DNA of 62,643 bases, filler included, from Deltaproteobacteria bacterium (GTDB lineage: Bacteria; JAUYMQ01), in assembly GCA_030698575.1 (NCBI GenBank). It is 11 parts of 11 records of this genome, joined end to end, with 100 filler letters (N's around TTAATTAATTAA, not from the genome) between each part and the next. Parts side by side here need not be neighbours in the genome. Positions count along the whole stretch, not along the records: positions 21,441 to 25,271 come from JAUYMQ010000253.1; positions 25,372 to 31,754 come from JAUYMQ010000487.1; positions 31,855 to 36,452 come from JAUYMQ010000498.1; 8 more parts are not named here. The stretch is one strand, 5' to 3'. The notes below the pieces were generated by a model. It was given only the letters and a program-made list of their open reading frames with translations, had not been told where the DNA came from and did no database searches. Below are positions 23,469-36,552 of the stretch, in pieces. A program made the position numbers and the translations under genes. How positions within the stretch are numbered: the first letter of the stretch is position 1; the number at the start of each line of letters is the position of its first letter.

Positions 23469-24584
23469 CTAGATGCGCATCGGCATCACGACGGCGACGG
23501 CGTCCTCGTCCGCCGCAGGGTGAAGCTTCATCGGCGACAGCTCGTCGTTGAAGCTCAGGTGTACATCCTTCTCGTCGAAAGCACCTATGGCATCAAGGAG
23601 ATAGCGGGCGTTGAAGCCAATCGACAGCGCGTCGCCGTCGTAATCAACGGCAATCTCTTCCCGCGCCTCGCCGACGTCCGGGTTCGTGGATGAGATGACC
23701 AGGCGGCCGCCCCCGAGTTCCATACGCAGGGAGCGCGACTTGTCCGAGGAGAGCACGCTGACGCGCCTGAGGGAGGCGAGGAGCGGCTCACGCTCGACCT
23801 TGAGCGTGAACTTGAGCTCCTTCGGCAGAACCTGGTTGTAGTCCGGGAAGGCGGCATCGATCAGGCGCGTGACGAGCAGAACGTCCTTCTTCTTGACCAC
23901 CGCGTGCCCCTTCCGGAAGCCGATCTTGACCGGTTCGTCGTCCTCTTCCAGGAGGCGTTTCACTTCCAGGATGCCCTTCTTGGGCACAACCACACCCTGG
24001 TCGAACTTGGTGAGATCAACCCCCTCTACCTTCCGGGTCACCAGCGCGAGCCGGTGCCCGTCGGTGGCGACCAGCTTCATGACGCCCTTCTCCGCGTCGG
24101 TTTCGACGTAGAGCCCGTTCAGGTTGTAGCGCGTCTCGTCCGTCGAAACGGCGTAGAGGGTTTTGCTGATCATGTCGCGAAGGGTCGAGGCCTGAACCTC
24201 GACAAGGTTCTTCTCCTCGCCTTTCGGCAATCCCGGGTATTCCTCCGGCGGGAGGCCGACGAGCTTATAGTCGATCTTCCCGCAGCTGATGCCCACCCGA
24301 TCGTTCTCCTCGGTTCTGAACGTGACGGTTTCGTCCTCGGGCAGCTCCCTCGTGATCTCGTAGAGCTTCCGCGCCGAGACGGTGATGCTCCCCTTGCCGA
24401 CCACGGTCGCCCCGTAAGCTCCGCGGATACCAACGTCGAGATCGGTCGCCGAGATGAAGACCTTATCGCCCTCCGCCTCGATCAACGCGTTGGCGAGGAT
24501 AGGCATCGTGTTGCGCTTCTCCACGATGGCCTGAATTCGCGTCAACGCCCGTAGCAACTCGCTTCGTGTAATCCGAAATTCCAT
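23469..24584 (-). CDS. dnaN: DNA polymerase III beta clamp
   Basis: ATDLD, ATDGHRL, FPDY, GFNARY and VMPMRI. Confidence 0.97.
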   Translation of the reverse strand: MEFRITRSELLRALTRIQAIVEKRNTMPILANALIEAEGDKVFISATDLDVGIRGAYGATVVGKGSITVSARKLYEITRELPEDETVTFRTEENDRVGISCGKIDYKLVGLPPEEYPGLPKGEEKNLVEVQASTLRDMISKTLYAVSTDETRYNLNGLYVETDAEKGVMKLVATDGHRLALVTRKVEGVDLTKFDQGVVVPKKGILEVKRLLEEDDEPVKIGFRKGHAVVKKKDVLLVTRLIDAAFPDYNQVLPKELKFTLKVEREPLLASLRRVSVLSSDKSRSLRMELGGGRLVISSTNPDVGEAREEIAVDYDGDALSIGFNARYLLDAIGAFDEKDVHLSFNDELSPMKLHPAADEDAVAVVMPMRI

Positions 24585-24649
24585 GGCTCTGCTGACCTCT
24601 TCCTCGCCTGGCGTCGAGGGCCGGGAAAGTTTAACTCCGCCGGCCTCCC

Positions 24650-24876
24650 CAGTGTGAATGGTTTTTCTTCTTCTAGTGATCTTTTATAGAATCTATAAGT
24701 GATAGTAGGAGTAGTAAGTGCTGTGAAACTGTGAATGCTTCTACAAGCAGTTGATCTAGCTGGCATTTCTTTTACGCCTTCTTGCCCAGGCGACTCGCCC
24801 CCACCCCGGAGTCCGGGCTTCCTGGCCAGCGCTCCACATCGCCCACCGGGCTTCCCACAGCCGATGCACAGGGTCT
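24650..24876. promoter_or_regulatory. Probable chromosomal replication origin (oriC unwinding module)
   Basis: In the dnaA-dnaN intergenic region. AT-rich stretch at 24661-24700, TAG/trio-like run ATAGTAGGAGTAGTA at 24702-24716, tandem degenerate DnaA boxes TGTGAAAC/TGTGAATG at 24722-24737, and further boxes (TTCCCACAG, ATGCACAG). Confidence 0.75.
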
Positions 24877-25271
24877 TCAGCGCTGCAGTTCCTTCTCGAG
24901 AATATTCAGCGCGTTCTTCAGCGAGATGTCTTCCTTGAGCTTCAGCTTGATGTTCTTGACTGCGTGAATGACCGTCGAATGATCCTTGCCCCCGAACTCC
25001 TGGCCAATGGAAGGGTAGCTTTCGTTCGTGTATTCGCGACAGAGGTACATGGCGATCTGCCGCGGTAGCGTGAGGGTCTTGATCTTCTTCGCCGATTTCA
25101 CCTCCGACACCTTGATGTTGTAGTGCTTGCAGACGAGTTTCTGGATCGAGTCGATGGTAATGTTCCGGGTCTCGTCGCGGAAGAACTTCTGCAGCACCTC
25201 TTCCGCCAGGGCGATCGTGATTTGACCACCCGTGAGGGAGGCGAAAGCCCCGACGCTCGTAAGCGAGCCCT
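24877..25271 (-). CDS. dnaA: Chromosomal replication initiator DnaA, C-terminal part
   Basis: Domain IV: PRQIAMYL and IGQEFGGKDHSTVIHA. Confidence 0.96.
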
Positions 25272-25371
25272 NNNNNNNNNNNNNNNNNNNNNNNNNNNNN
25301 NNNNNNNNNNNNNNNTTAATTAATTAANNNNNNNNNNNNNNNNNNNNNNNNNNNNNNNNNNNNNNNNNNNN

Positions 25372-25741
25372 CGCCGAGCGCGGCGGCAAAATCATTGCCG
25401 GCACGATGAACCTGCGCGACGACGAGGCCCTCTACGGCCGCTACTGGGGCGCCTTCGAGCAGCATCGGTTCCTGCACTTCAACGTCTGCTACTACGCCTC
25501 GATCGAGGCGTGTATCTCGCGCGGGCTCTCGCGCTTCGAGGCGGGCGCGGGCGGCGACTTCAAGCAGCTCCGCGGGCTCGATCCCGAATTCACCACCAGC
25601 ATGCACTTCATCGCCGACGACCGATTCCGCGCCGCCCTCGACACACACCTGGAACGCGAGCGCGCATCGGTGCGCGAATTCCGCGAACGCCTCCGGACCG
25701 ACCGCAGCCAGTTCCGCAGCGTCCGCCGCCCCGGCGGATGA
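25372..25741 (+). CDS. GNAT/FemAB-like protein (COG3146 type), 5'-partial
   Basis: LYGRYWG, LHFNVCYY and FEAGAGG motifs. Confidence 0.8.
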
Positions 25742-25749
25742 GCGCCCCC

Positions 25750-25837
25750 TGTCATTGCGAGGAGCGAAGCGACGAAGCAATCCCCCGTGCGCGCAAGGGA
25801 TTGCTTCGTCGGGCCTGCGGCCCTCCTCGCAATGACA
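25750..25837. repeat. Palindromic extragenic repeat (TGTCATTGCGAGGAGCGAAGCGACGAAGCAATCC...GGATTGCTTCGTCG...CTCCTCGCAATGACA)
   Basis: Long inverted repeat between convergent genes. Near-identical copy at 46461-46557. Confidence 0.85.
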
Positions 25838-25851
25838 TGCGTGACCGGAAG

Positions 25852-28130
<2,279 letters not shown>

Positions 28131-28134
<4 letters not shown>

Positions 28135-28457
28135 GCCTCCTCCAGGGTGCACTTCAAGGGGTAATCGTTCTCTTCCGCCAGCGCGTGGACCTGAGCGACC
28201 TTCGTCTCGGCTATCTCGTGGGTATAGACCCCCGCGATACCGATCCCCCGCTTGTGAATGTGCAGCATGATCTGCACCGCCTCGGCCTGGGGCTTGTCGA
28301 AGACGCTCTGCAGGATCATCACCACGAACTCCATGGTGGTGTAGTCGTCGTTGTGGAGGATCACCTTGTACAGGGGCGGCCGCGCGAGTTTCTTCTTTCG
28401 CTCGGTCACGACCCCGAGGTCATCCTGGCGACTCGGATCTTCGCGCCGCTGGCTCAT
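28131..28457 (-). CDS. clpS: Clp adaptor ClpS
   Basis: PPLYKVILHNDDYTTMEFVV and YPLKC. Confidence 0.96.
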
Positions 28458-28689
28458 GCTTTGAATTCTAGGGCGGTGGCACTTGGGGCGCAACGGGCTT
28501 TTCCTCCAATTCCCTACGGTTCTCCATAGTTTATCGGCCCGCGGGCGGTTCTCCTCAAGGGACGCGCGTTCAACCCCTTTCGACACCGGGTCAAGTATTT
28601 CCCCACTTATCGAACAGGTGGTTCCCGAAGCCCCCTCTGGCGCCAGCGCCACTCCGCTGTTCGGGGTCCGCTCGGAGGCGGGATTTCAC

Positions 28690-29676
28690 ATGAAGTTTCC
28701 CGGCCTGAAAGTCGCGCGGCCCTGCGCGCGCATCGTGTTCCTGCTGTTCGCGGCGCTCATCTCGGCGAACGCCCCTCCCGCTCGCGCAGAAATCACCGCC
28801 CGCGAGGGCGCCCCCGGGCCCAAGGTCATCCACGCGTCATGTGGCGACTGCGCCGGGATCGCAGGGCGCATGGACTCCATCACAGGCTCGCCGCTCACTG
28901 GCTTCACGACCGGAATGCCTGGCCTCGAACCGCGCCGCGCGCTCCTGGACGCGGTCGGCGATCTCGGCTTCGGACCCGACGGGCATCTTTACCTGCTGGT
29001 GAGCTTCGGTTTCGGATTCAACTCGGCGCTGCTGCGCTACGACCCGGCCACCCGGGTCTTCCATCAGGTAGCGGCCTCTCCCGGTCTCCAGGGTGAGGTT
29101 CGCACCGCTCTCCGGCTCGGTGCCGACGGGAACACCTATCTTTCGGGGTCCGTCAACGGCGTGAACGGGCTCATCCGGATCAGGGATCTCGCAACCGGCA
29201 TGCCGCTCTCATCGGCGCCCAGCGTCACCTTCGGGCCGGACCATCGCGGGGCACTCGATTCCCTCGGCGCAGGCGCCGACGGGCTGCTAGACCTTCCCTA
29301 CAAAGACGTCTTCTTTCGGTTTGATCGTGAGGCTCGCCTCTGGCTGACGCCCGTGAGCACGGCGCCGGCGGGACCGGCGATGAAGAACTGGACCTTCGCC
29401 CTGGGGCCCGACGGGGCTCTTTACGCGGAGTTCCGGGGCGAGAGCGGCGTCTTTCGCTTCGACGCGGAAACCGGCGAATTTCTTGGCCGCTTCGATCTCG
29501 ATGAAGCCGCCGCGAGCAACATCGGCGTCGCAAGCCGTGGCGCCGTCGCCATCCCGGAACCCGCTACTTTTCTCCTGCTGGCAGCCGGATGGACAGGGCT
29601 GCTGTTTCGCCGGTCCCACGACGCACGTTCCGCGTGGCATCGCCGGCACGCCTGCCCTCCGACCCCGGTGGGTTAG
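28690..29676 (+). CDS. PEP-CTERM sorting domain protein, beta-propeller-like
   Basis: Signal peptide, FGPDG repeats, and C-terminal IPEPATFLLLAAGWTGLLFRR. Confidence 0.8.
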   Translation: MKFPGLKVARPCARIVFLLFAALISANAPPARAEITAREGAPGPKVIHASCGDCAGIAGRMDSITGSPLTGFTTGMPGLEPRRALLDAVGDLGFGPDGHLYLLVSFGFGFNSALLRYDPATRVFHQVAASPGLQGEVRTALRLGADGNTYLSGSVNGVNGLIRIRDLATGMPLSSAPSVTFGPDHRGALDSLGAGADGLLDLPYKDVFFRFDREARLWLTPVSTAPAGPAMKNWTFALGPDGALYAEFRGESGVFRFDAETGEFLGRFDLDEAAASNIGVASRGAVAIPEPATFLLLAAGWTGLLFRRSHDARSAWHRRHACPPTPVG

Positions 29677-29762
29677 CCGGCCCCAACATGAAAGCCCCGG
29701 CGTTCGGCCGGGGCCCTTTCCGTCACGAATCGATCGATCGGGCGATCCCGCGGGCAATCCCC

Positions 29763-30884
29763 TCAGCGATCCACGCCCCGCCCCTCGGGCCGGCGGATCG
29801 ACGGCTTCAGGATCTCGTCGCCCCCCTCCAGGCGGAACTGCACGAGTTCCGCATCCTTTCCTCCACCGCCCTCTTCCAGAAATGCCCGGCCGTCGTGATC
29901 GCTGTTGCCGTCGACCTCGAAGCCGGCGTCGCGGATCATGCGGTAGGTGTCGCGGATCGAGTCGCCGCGCGTCGTGAGATAGCCCTCGACGAAGAGCGAG
30001 TTTGCCGGATAGAGCGCCATCACGCCAAGCGAGCGCAGATGCCCTTCCCGGCCGCCCGCGGCGCGGATCTCGGCGCCCGGATTCACGAGGCGCATCATGC
30101 AGAGCGTTCTGAGGCAGCGCTCCGGGGTCAGTGAATCGTCGCGCTGGACGGGGTTCCCCTCGATCGGGATGAGAAAGTTCACGGGGATTGAGGGCACCCG
30201 CAGCTCGCGCAGCTTGAAGGCCACTTCGACGAGATCGTCGCTCTTCTCTCCCATCCCCATGATGAGGCCGCTGCAACTTCCGATGCCGTGCCGCGCGGCG
30301 GCCTCGAGGGTGGCCACCCGTTCAGCGTAGGTATGCGTCGAGCAGATGGCCGGGTAGTGCGATTCGCTCGTGTTGAGATTGTGATTGAGTCGGTCGAGTC
30401 CCGCCTCGGCGAGGATGCCCGCCTGCTCGTCGCCCATGATCCCTACCGACAGGCAGGTGCGCAGGTTGTAGCGCGACTTTACCGTGCTGATGATGCCGGC
30501 CAGCTTGCGCGCGTGCTCCACCGTCGGGCCGCGGCCGGAGAGCACCATGCAGTAGCGTGAGGCCCCCGCTTTCCAGGCGGCCTCGGCCTCGGCCAGGATC
30601 TCGTCGTCGGACTTCATCGGGTATTTGCGGATCGACGCGGTGGAGTTCTTCGACTGCGAGCAGTAACCGCAGTCCTCGGGGCAGAGCCCGTTCTGCACGT
30701 TGTTAAGGATGTGAACCATGACCTTCCGCCCGAAGTGCTTCTGCCGGGGCTGGAAGGCGGCGTGCAGGAGCGGGAGGAGCGCGACCTCGTCGCCCTCGAG
30801 GAGCCAGCGCGCCTCGTCGAGCGTGGGGGGGATATCGTCGAGCGCGCGCTCGGCAAGCTTCTCGTAGAGGGCGAGGCGGTCCAT
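29763..30884 (-). CDS. bioB: Biotin synthase
   Basis: CPEDCGYCSQ radical SAM motif, NHNLNTS and ANSLF. Confidence 0.95.
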   Translation of the reverse strand: MDRLALYEKLAERALDDIPPTLDEARWLLEGDEVALLPLLHAAFQPRQKHFGRKVMVHILNNVQNGLCPEDCGYCSQSKNSTASIRKYPMKSDDEILAEAEAAWKAGASRYCMVLSGRGPTVEHARKLAGIISTVKSRYNLRTCLSVGIMGDEQAGILAEAGLDRLNHNLNTSESHYPAICSTHTYAERVATLEAAARHGIGSCSGLIMGMGEKSDDLVEVAFKLRELRVPSIPVNFLIPIEGNPVQRDDSLTPERCLRTLCMMRLVNPGAEIRAAGGREGHLRSLGVMALYPANSLFVEGYLTTRGDSIRDTYRMIRDAGFEVDGNSDHDGRAFLEEGGGGKDAELVQFRLEGGDEILKPSIRRPEGRGVDR

Positions 30885-30911
30885 GGCCGGCAGGATAAGC
30901 GGCGGCCGGGC

Positions 30912-30947
30912 GGTTGTCAATCATTCAACTCGCAAGGGTTGACAACC
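30912..30947. promoter_or_regulatory. BirA operator upstream of bioB
   Basis: Palindrome GGTTGTCAA-N18-TTGACAACC, i.e. TTGTCAATC-N14-GGTTGACAA, which matches BirA-site geometry. Confidence 0.85.
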
Positions 30948-30949
30948 TT

Positions 30950-31754
30950 TCACTTCCGCTTGGGCGGCCCGGCGAGCGACAGCACCTCGGCGAAAGCGTC
31001 CGAGAGGTGCAGCCGGAACTTGTCGTGATCGGGGATCGCCTCGGGGTCCAACGCGATGCCGACCTCGAGGTGGTCGCGGTAGGAGAGGAGCGCCACCGAG
31101 ATGGGACACCGCTCCATGATCGGCGCATAAGGAATGATGCGCTCGACCGGCTGGCCCGAGTAGTAGCGGAGATCGGGCGTGCCGGGGATGTTCGTGCAGA
31201 TGAGGTTCACCTTGGTGGTCATCTGCCGGACGAACTCGCGGAACACGAAGCCCGGCGACAGCACCATGGCCCGCATCAGGAACGGGTAGAGCGCGCCGCG
31301 CCGGTCCCGCTTCGCGGCGCCTGTTCGCCCCTGGATGAGTTCGAGGCGGCGGAGGGGATCGGATTCGGCGATGGGAAGCTTGATGTTCAGCATGCCGACG
31401 CGATTGCCGAGCGTGCTCCGCTCATCATTCGTACGAAGGCTCATGGGCACCATCGCCCGCAGCTCCTCGGTGTGATGGCCCCGGTGAACGTGGTACCGCC
31501 CCACCGCCCCTGAAACGGCGGTCAGCACGAGGTCGTTAATAGTCGCGTCAAGTTCCTTTCGCGCGTGACGGAGTGCCTGCATCGGCACCGAGCAGTGATC
31601 GAGCCGGCGCGAGAGGCCCGAGGCCATCGCGGCGATGGGATCGATGATCTGCTCGGCGTTGATGTCCTCGAGCATTCCCGCCGCGCCACGGGCGGTTGCC
31701 ATCGCGCGCCGGAAGGTTTCACCCGGCTTCAGGACGGCGTCGGCGGCGAGCCCG
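30950..31754 (-). CDS. Wax ester synthase/diacylglycerol acyltransferase family, 5'-partial
   Basis: ATINDLVL, MVPMSLR, LGNRV and NLICTNIPG. Confidence 0.85.
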
Positions 31755-31854
31755 NNNNNNNNNNNNNNNNNNNNNNNNNNNNNNNNNNNNNNNNNNNNTT
31801 AATTAATTAANNNNNNNNNNNNNNNNNNNNNNNNNNNNNNNNNNNNNNNNNNNN

Positions 31855-32576
31855 TCGTCCTTCCGGCCATGCGCTACTGGCGACCCCGTACGGACGACGC
31901 GATCCGGACGGCCCTCGAGGCCGACGTTGAGCGCTTCGTCCTGCTCCCCCTCTACCCGCACTACTCCAGCACCACGACGGAGTCCTCGATTCGAGATTTC
32001 CGCCGCGCCGCGGCGGAGGCCGGGGCCGGCGCTCTTCCGGTCCACGTTGTTCGGAGCTACCACGCGCATCCGGGGTTCATCGACGTCGTCGCGCAAACAA
32101 TCGCCGGAGAGCTCGAGAAACTCGAGGAGCAGGACCGGCGCAGTGCCACCCTGCTCTTCTCGGCCCACGGCCTGCCGCAGCGGATTGTCGATCGGGGTGA
32201 TCCCTACCAGCGCGAGGTCGAGGAATCCGTGCGCCTCGTGGTCGAGCGCCTGGGCTTCGAGGGGCCCGTGCGGCTGAGCTACCAGAGCAAGGTGGGACCC
32301 GTGCGATGGCTCGAGCCCACGACCGAGACGATCATCGCCGAGCTGGCGGAGCGCCGCGAGGGGCCGCTCCTGGTCTACCCAATCGCCTTCGTGAGCGAGC
32401 ATCAGGAAACGCTCTACGAGCTGGACATTCTCTACGGCGATCCGGCGCGGGCGGCGGGACTCGACTACCGGCGGCTCCCGGCGGCGGGGTGCCGGCCGGA
32501 CTTCGTGCGGACGCTCCGCGATCTCACGCTGGAAGCACTCGCGCGACCGCCCGAGCGGAACGGCGCGGCCTCCTGA
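31855..32576 (+). CDS. hemH: Ferrochelatase, 5'-partial
   Basis: AMRYWRP, LPLYPHYS, FSAHGLP, YQSKVGP.RWLEP and EHQETLYELD. Confidence 0.94.
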
Positions 32577-32610
32577 GGGCAGGCCGCAGGCAATATCAGT
32601 AGCGGGAGGA

Positions 32611-34071
32611 GTGAAGTTGAGGAAATCCGAATCGCCTGTCGAGTTCGCGATCGTCGGAGGCGGTATCAGCGGTCTGGCCTGCGCTTTCTGGCTCAAGCGG
32701 GCCGGGCGCTCGGTTAAGGTGCTCGAGCGGACGGAGCGCCCCGGCGGATGCATACGTACGCTTCGCCGGGACGGCTGGCTGTTCGAGCTGGGGCCCAACA
32801 CCATCACGACGAGCGGCGGCGCCGTGGATCGGCTCGTCGCCGATGCGGGGCTGGCGGGAGAACGCCTGGCCGCCGGCCAGGCGTCGGGAAAGCGGTACAT
32901 TTATAAAGCCGCCGGCGGGACGGGACGGCTGCTCGCGCTGCCCACCACCCCCCCGGCCTTCATCGGGACGGCGATCCTCCCCCTCCGCGCCAAGCTAAGG
33001 CTTCTCCGGGAGCCCTTCATCCCGCGCCCGCGGCCGGACGCCCCCGAGGAATCGGTGGCGGACTTCGTGCGGCGCCGCCTCGGCCAGGAGTACCTGGACT
33101 ACCTCGTGGGGCCCTTCGTCTCGGGCGTCTACGCGGGCGACCCCGAGAAGCTCTCCCTTCGCTGGGCGGTGCGGGCGATCCACGGGCTCGAGCAGGATCA
33201 TGGAAGCCTTATTCGCGGCGCCCTCGCCCGGCGGAAGGGGCCGGCGCCTCATGGCGCGCTCGTCTCATTCCGCGACGGGCTCGAAACGCTCCCGCGCGCG
33301 CTCGCCGCCACGCTCGACGGCGATCTTCTGCTCGGCACGGAGGTAAGCGCGATCGGTCGCGACGACGGGAACTTCCTGCTGGAGACGCGCGCGAAGGGCG
33401 GCGCCGGCGAAGGACGCCTGCGGGCGGAGCAACTCGTTCTCGCGGCGCCCGCCGACGTCGTCACGACGTTGCTGGCGCCGAGCATGCCGGAGGCCGGCAA
33501 AGGCTTCGCCGCCATCCCCTACGCCCCGGTGGTGAGCGTCGCGCTGGGTTTCCGTGACAAGGCGCTGGCGGGGCGTGTCGACGGTTTCGGTTTTCTCGCG
33601 CCCCGCGTGGAAGGGCTCTGCGTGCTCGGCTGCCTCTTCAGCTCCTCACTCTTCCCGGGGAGGGCCCCCCGGGATTGCGTCGGCTTGACCGCTCTGGCGG
33701 GAGGAGCGACGCAACCGGAGCTGGTCGGGATGCCCGAGGAGCCTCTCATGGAGATGATTCTCGCGGATCTCCGCAAGGCCCTGGGACCGCTGCCGGACCC
33801 GGTTTTCCGGCACGTCACGCGATGGCCGCGGGCGATCCCGCAGTACGAGCTGGGACACGGGCGTTTCGTGAGCCTCGCGCGCGATCTCGAGGACCGTGTT
33901 CCCGGGCTTCACATCGCCGGGAACATCCTGAACGGGATCTCCGTCGCCGACTGCGTCGAGAACGCGGCGCGGCTATGCGAGAGGCTTCTCGGACCGGCGC
34001 TGAAAGCAGCCCCGCACCCGAACGCGCCATCGGCGCACGGTTTCTTTGACAGAGCACCGCCCGTTTGCTAA
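32611..34071 (+). CDS. hemG: HemY-type (proto/copro)porphyrinogen oxidase
   Basis: IVGGGISGL, ELGPN, GVYAGD, GFGFL and WPRAIPQY. Confidence 0.92.
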   Translation: MKLRKSESPVEFAIVGGGISGLACAFWLKRAGRSVKVLERTERPGGCIRTLRRDGWLFELGPNTITTSGGAVDRLVADAGLAGERLAAGQASGKRYIYKAAGGTGRLLALPTTPPAFIGTAILPLRAKLRLLREPFIPRPRPDAPEESVADFVRRRLGQEYLDYLVGPFVSGVYAGDPEKLSLRWAVRAIHGLEQDHGSLIRGALARRKGPAPHGALVSFRDGLETLPRALAATLDGDLLLGTEVSAIGRDDGNFLLETRAKGGAGEGRLRAEQLVLAAPADVVTTLLAPSMPEAGKGFAAIPYAPVVSVALGFRDKALAGRVDGFGFLAPRVEGLCVLGCLFSSSLFPGRAPRDCVGLTALAGGATQPELVGMPEEPLMEMILADLRKALGPLPDPVFRHVTRWPRAIPQYELGHGRFVSLARDLEDRVPGLHIAGNILNGISVADCVENAARLCERLLGPALKAAPHPNAPSAHGFFDRAPPVC

Positions 34072-34138
34072 CTTTTTTCACCACTTTCCACCGCATTACC
34101 GGCATTTTTCCAGTAATCCAGGGGGAGGGACGAAGCTC

Positions 34139-34594
34139 ATGAAACTCGCCGTCGGAATGACCGTCGTGGTCCTGGCCCTGGGCTTCTTCATCTTCACCAC
34201 CTTCCACGATGAAAAGTCGAACGCCTTCATGTACTACTACACCGTGGCGGAAGCCGTCGCCGAGCCGCTGAAGATCGCGGACAAGGGCGTTCGGATCGGC
34301 GGAAAAGTCGTGCCGGGAACGATCAGGAGAAATCCTCAGGCCCACCAGATCCACTTCACCATAGCGGACGACAAGTCGCGGGATCGCCGGATGGAGGTGA
34401 CCTACAACTCCAGCATCGCCCCGGATACCTTCAAGGACGAATCCGAGGTGCTGGTGGAAGGCAAGGTCGGACCCGACGGCGTCTTCATGGCCGACACCCT
34501 GTTCGCCAAGTGCCCTTCCAAATATGAAGCGGGCGGCTATCCGGACGTGGGCGGCGCCGGACCCATGCCCTCCCCTTCGGCGCCGTCGAGTTGA
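34139..34594 (+). CDS. ccmE: Cytochrome c maturation heme chaperone CcmE (CxxxY variant)
   Basis: N-terminal TM, YYYTV, PDTFK and AKCPSKY. Confidence 0.9.
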   Translation: MKLAVGMTVVVLALGFFIFTTFHDEKSNAFMYYYTVAEAVAEPLKIADKGVRIGGKVVPGTIRRNPQAHQIHFTIADDKSRDRRMEVTYNSSIAPDTFKDESEVLVEGKVGPDGVFMADTLFAKCPSKYEAGGYPDVGGAGPMPSPSAPSS

Positions 34595-34628
34595 CCGCGC
34601 CGAGCGGGCGGCCGAAACCCGGGCAGCC

Positions 34629-36452
34629 ATGAGCGAACTCGGCTTCAGTGCGCTGGTCATCTGCTTCGTGCTCGCGGGGTACAGCGTCTTCGCGTCGGTC
34701 CTGGGCCATCGCCTGGACAACGGTGCGCTCGTCGAAAGCGGAAGGCGCAGCGCCTATGCAGTCACCGGCTTACTGACCCTCTCCATCCTCCTCCTCTTCT
34801 ACGCCTTCGTGATGCACGACTTCTCGCTCAAGTTCGTCGCCGACCATTCCAACAAGGCTCTCTCCTGGAACTACGCGGCGGCCGCCCTCTGGTCGGGCCA
34901 GCAAGGTTCGCTTCTCCTCTGGGTGTGGATCCTCTCGCTCTACACCGCTGCGGTCGTCTACTGGAACCGAGGCCGGTACCCGGAGCTCATGCCCTACGTC
35001 ACGGCAGTCCTCGCCGTCATCATCATTTTCTTCGTCCTGCTCCTGCTGTTCGTCGCGAACCCCTTCGAGAAGCTGCTGAGCTTCAACGTCCCGCGGGACG
35101 GGCGCGGCCTGAATCCGCTTCTCCAGCATCCGGCCATGATGATCCACCCGCCCTGCCTCTACCTGGGCTTCGTGGGCGTCGCGGTTCCCTTCGCATTCTC
35201 GATGGCCGCGCTTCTCACCCGCAGGCTCGACGACTCCTGGATCCGCGCAACGCGGCGCTGGATGCTCTTTCCCTGGATGTTTCTCGGGCTCGGAATCCTG
35301 CTGGGGGGGCGCTGGGCCTATGTCGAGCTTGGCTGGGGCGGGTACTGGGCCTGGGACCCCGTCGAGAACGCCTCGCTCATGCCGTGGCTCGCCGGGACCG
35401 CCTACCTGCACTCGGTCATGATCCAGGAAAAGCGCGACATCATGAGGTTCTGGAGCCACTTCCTGGTCACCCTGACCTTTTTGCTGGCCATTCTGGGGAC
35501 CTTCATCACCCGGAGCGGCCTGGTGTCGAGCGTTCACTCCTTCGCGCAGTCGCCCATCGGCCCCTTCTTCCTCGGATTCATCATCTTCACCACCCTCGCG
35601 GCCGTCATTGCCTTCTGGGTCCGCCGGCGGGAGCTGCAGAGCAAGTCGAGCTTCGATAGCTACCTGTCGCGGGAGTCGAGCTTCCTGCTGAACAACCTGG
35701 TCCTTCTCGGAGCCTGCTTCGCGGTGCTCTGGGGCACCCTTTTCCCGATGCTCAGCGAGGCGGTCCGCGGCGTGCGGGTGGCTGTGGGCCCTCCCTGGTT
35801 CAATCAGGTGAACGTGCCCATCGCGCTGCTGCTCCTGGCGCTGACCGGCATCGGCCCTCTCGTGGCGTGGCGGCGCGCATCGCCGAGGAATCTGCGGCGT
35901 ATGTTCGCCATCCCGGTTTTCATCGGCGTGGCCGGCGCTCTGCTCCTGAGGGTCCTCGGCATCACGCACTTCTACGCGCTGATCTCTTTCGGTCTCTCGA
36001 TGTTCGTCCTTGCGGGAATCGTCCAGGAGTTCTGGCGGGGCACTCGGGCGCGCCGGCGGCAGTTCGGCGAGAGCACCTTGACGGCGCTCAGCCGGCTGTT
36101 CAGGAAGAATCGGCGGCGTTATGGCGGCTACGTGGTCCACGTGGGAATGGTCGCGATCTTCGTCGGGATCACGGGGACGGCCTTCAACTCCGAGCGGGAA
36201 GCCACACTCAACCAGGGCGAGACGGTCGAGGTGGGAAAGTACACGCTTCGATACCAGGGGGTCGAGAGCGGGCGCGACGCGAATCACGAATGGGCCAAGG
36301 CCCGCTTCGAAATTTTCGAGGGGACCCGGCTCGCGGGCGTGATGGTGCCCGCCAAGAACTTCTACCTGGCCAGCCAGCAGCCTACGACCGAGGTGGCAAT
36401 CCGGTCCTCGCTGCGCGAGGATCTGTACCTGGCCCTGGCCGCGGTCTCGGCC
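34629..36452 (+). CDS. ccmF: Cytochrome c-type biogenesis heme lyase CcmF, 3'-partial
   Basis: GLNPLLQ, HPP, WAYVELGWGGYWAWDPVEN and SVHSF. Confidence 0.96.
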
Positions 36453-36552
36453 NNNNNNNNNNNNNNNNNNNNNNNNNNNNNNNNNNNNNNNNNNNNTTAA
36501 TTAATTAANNNNNNNNNNNNNNNNNNNNNNNNNNNNNNNNNNNNNNNNNNNN

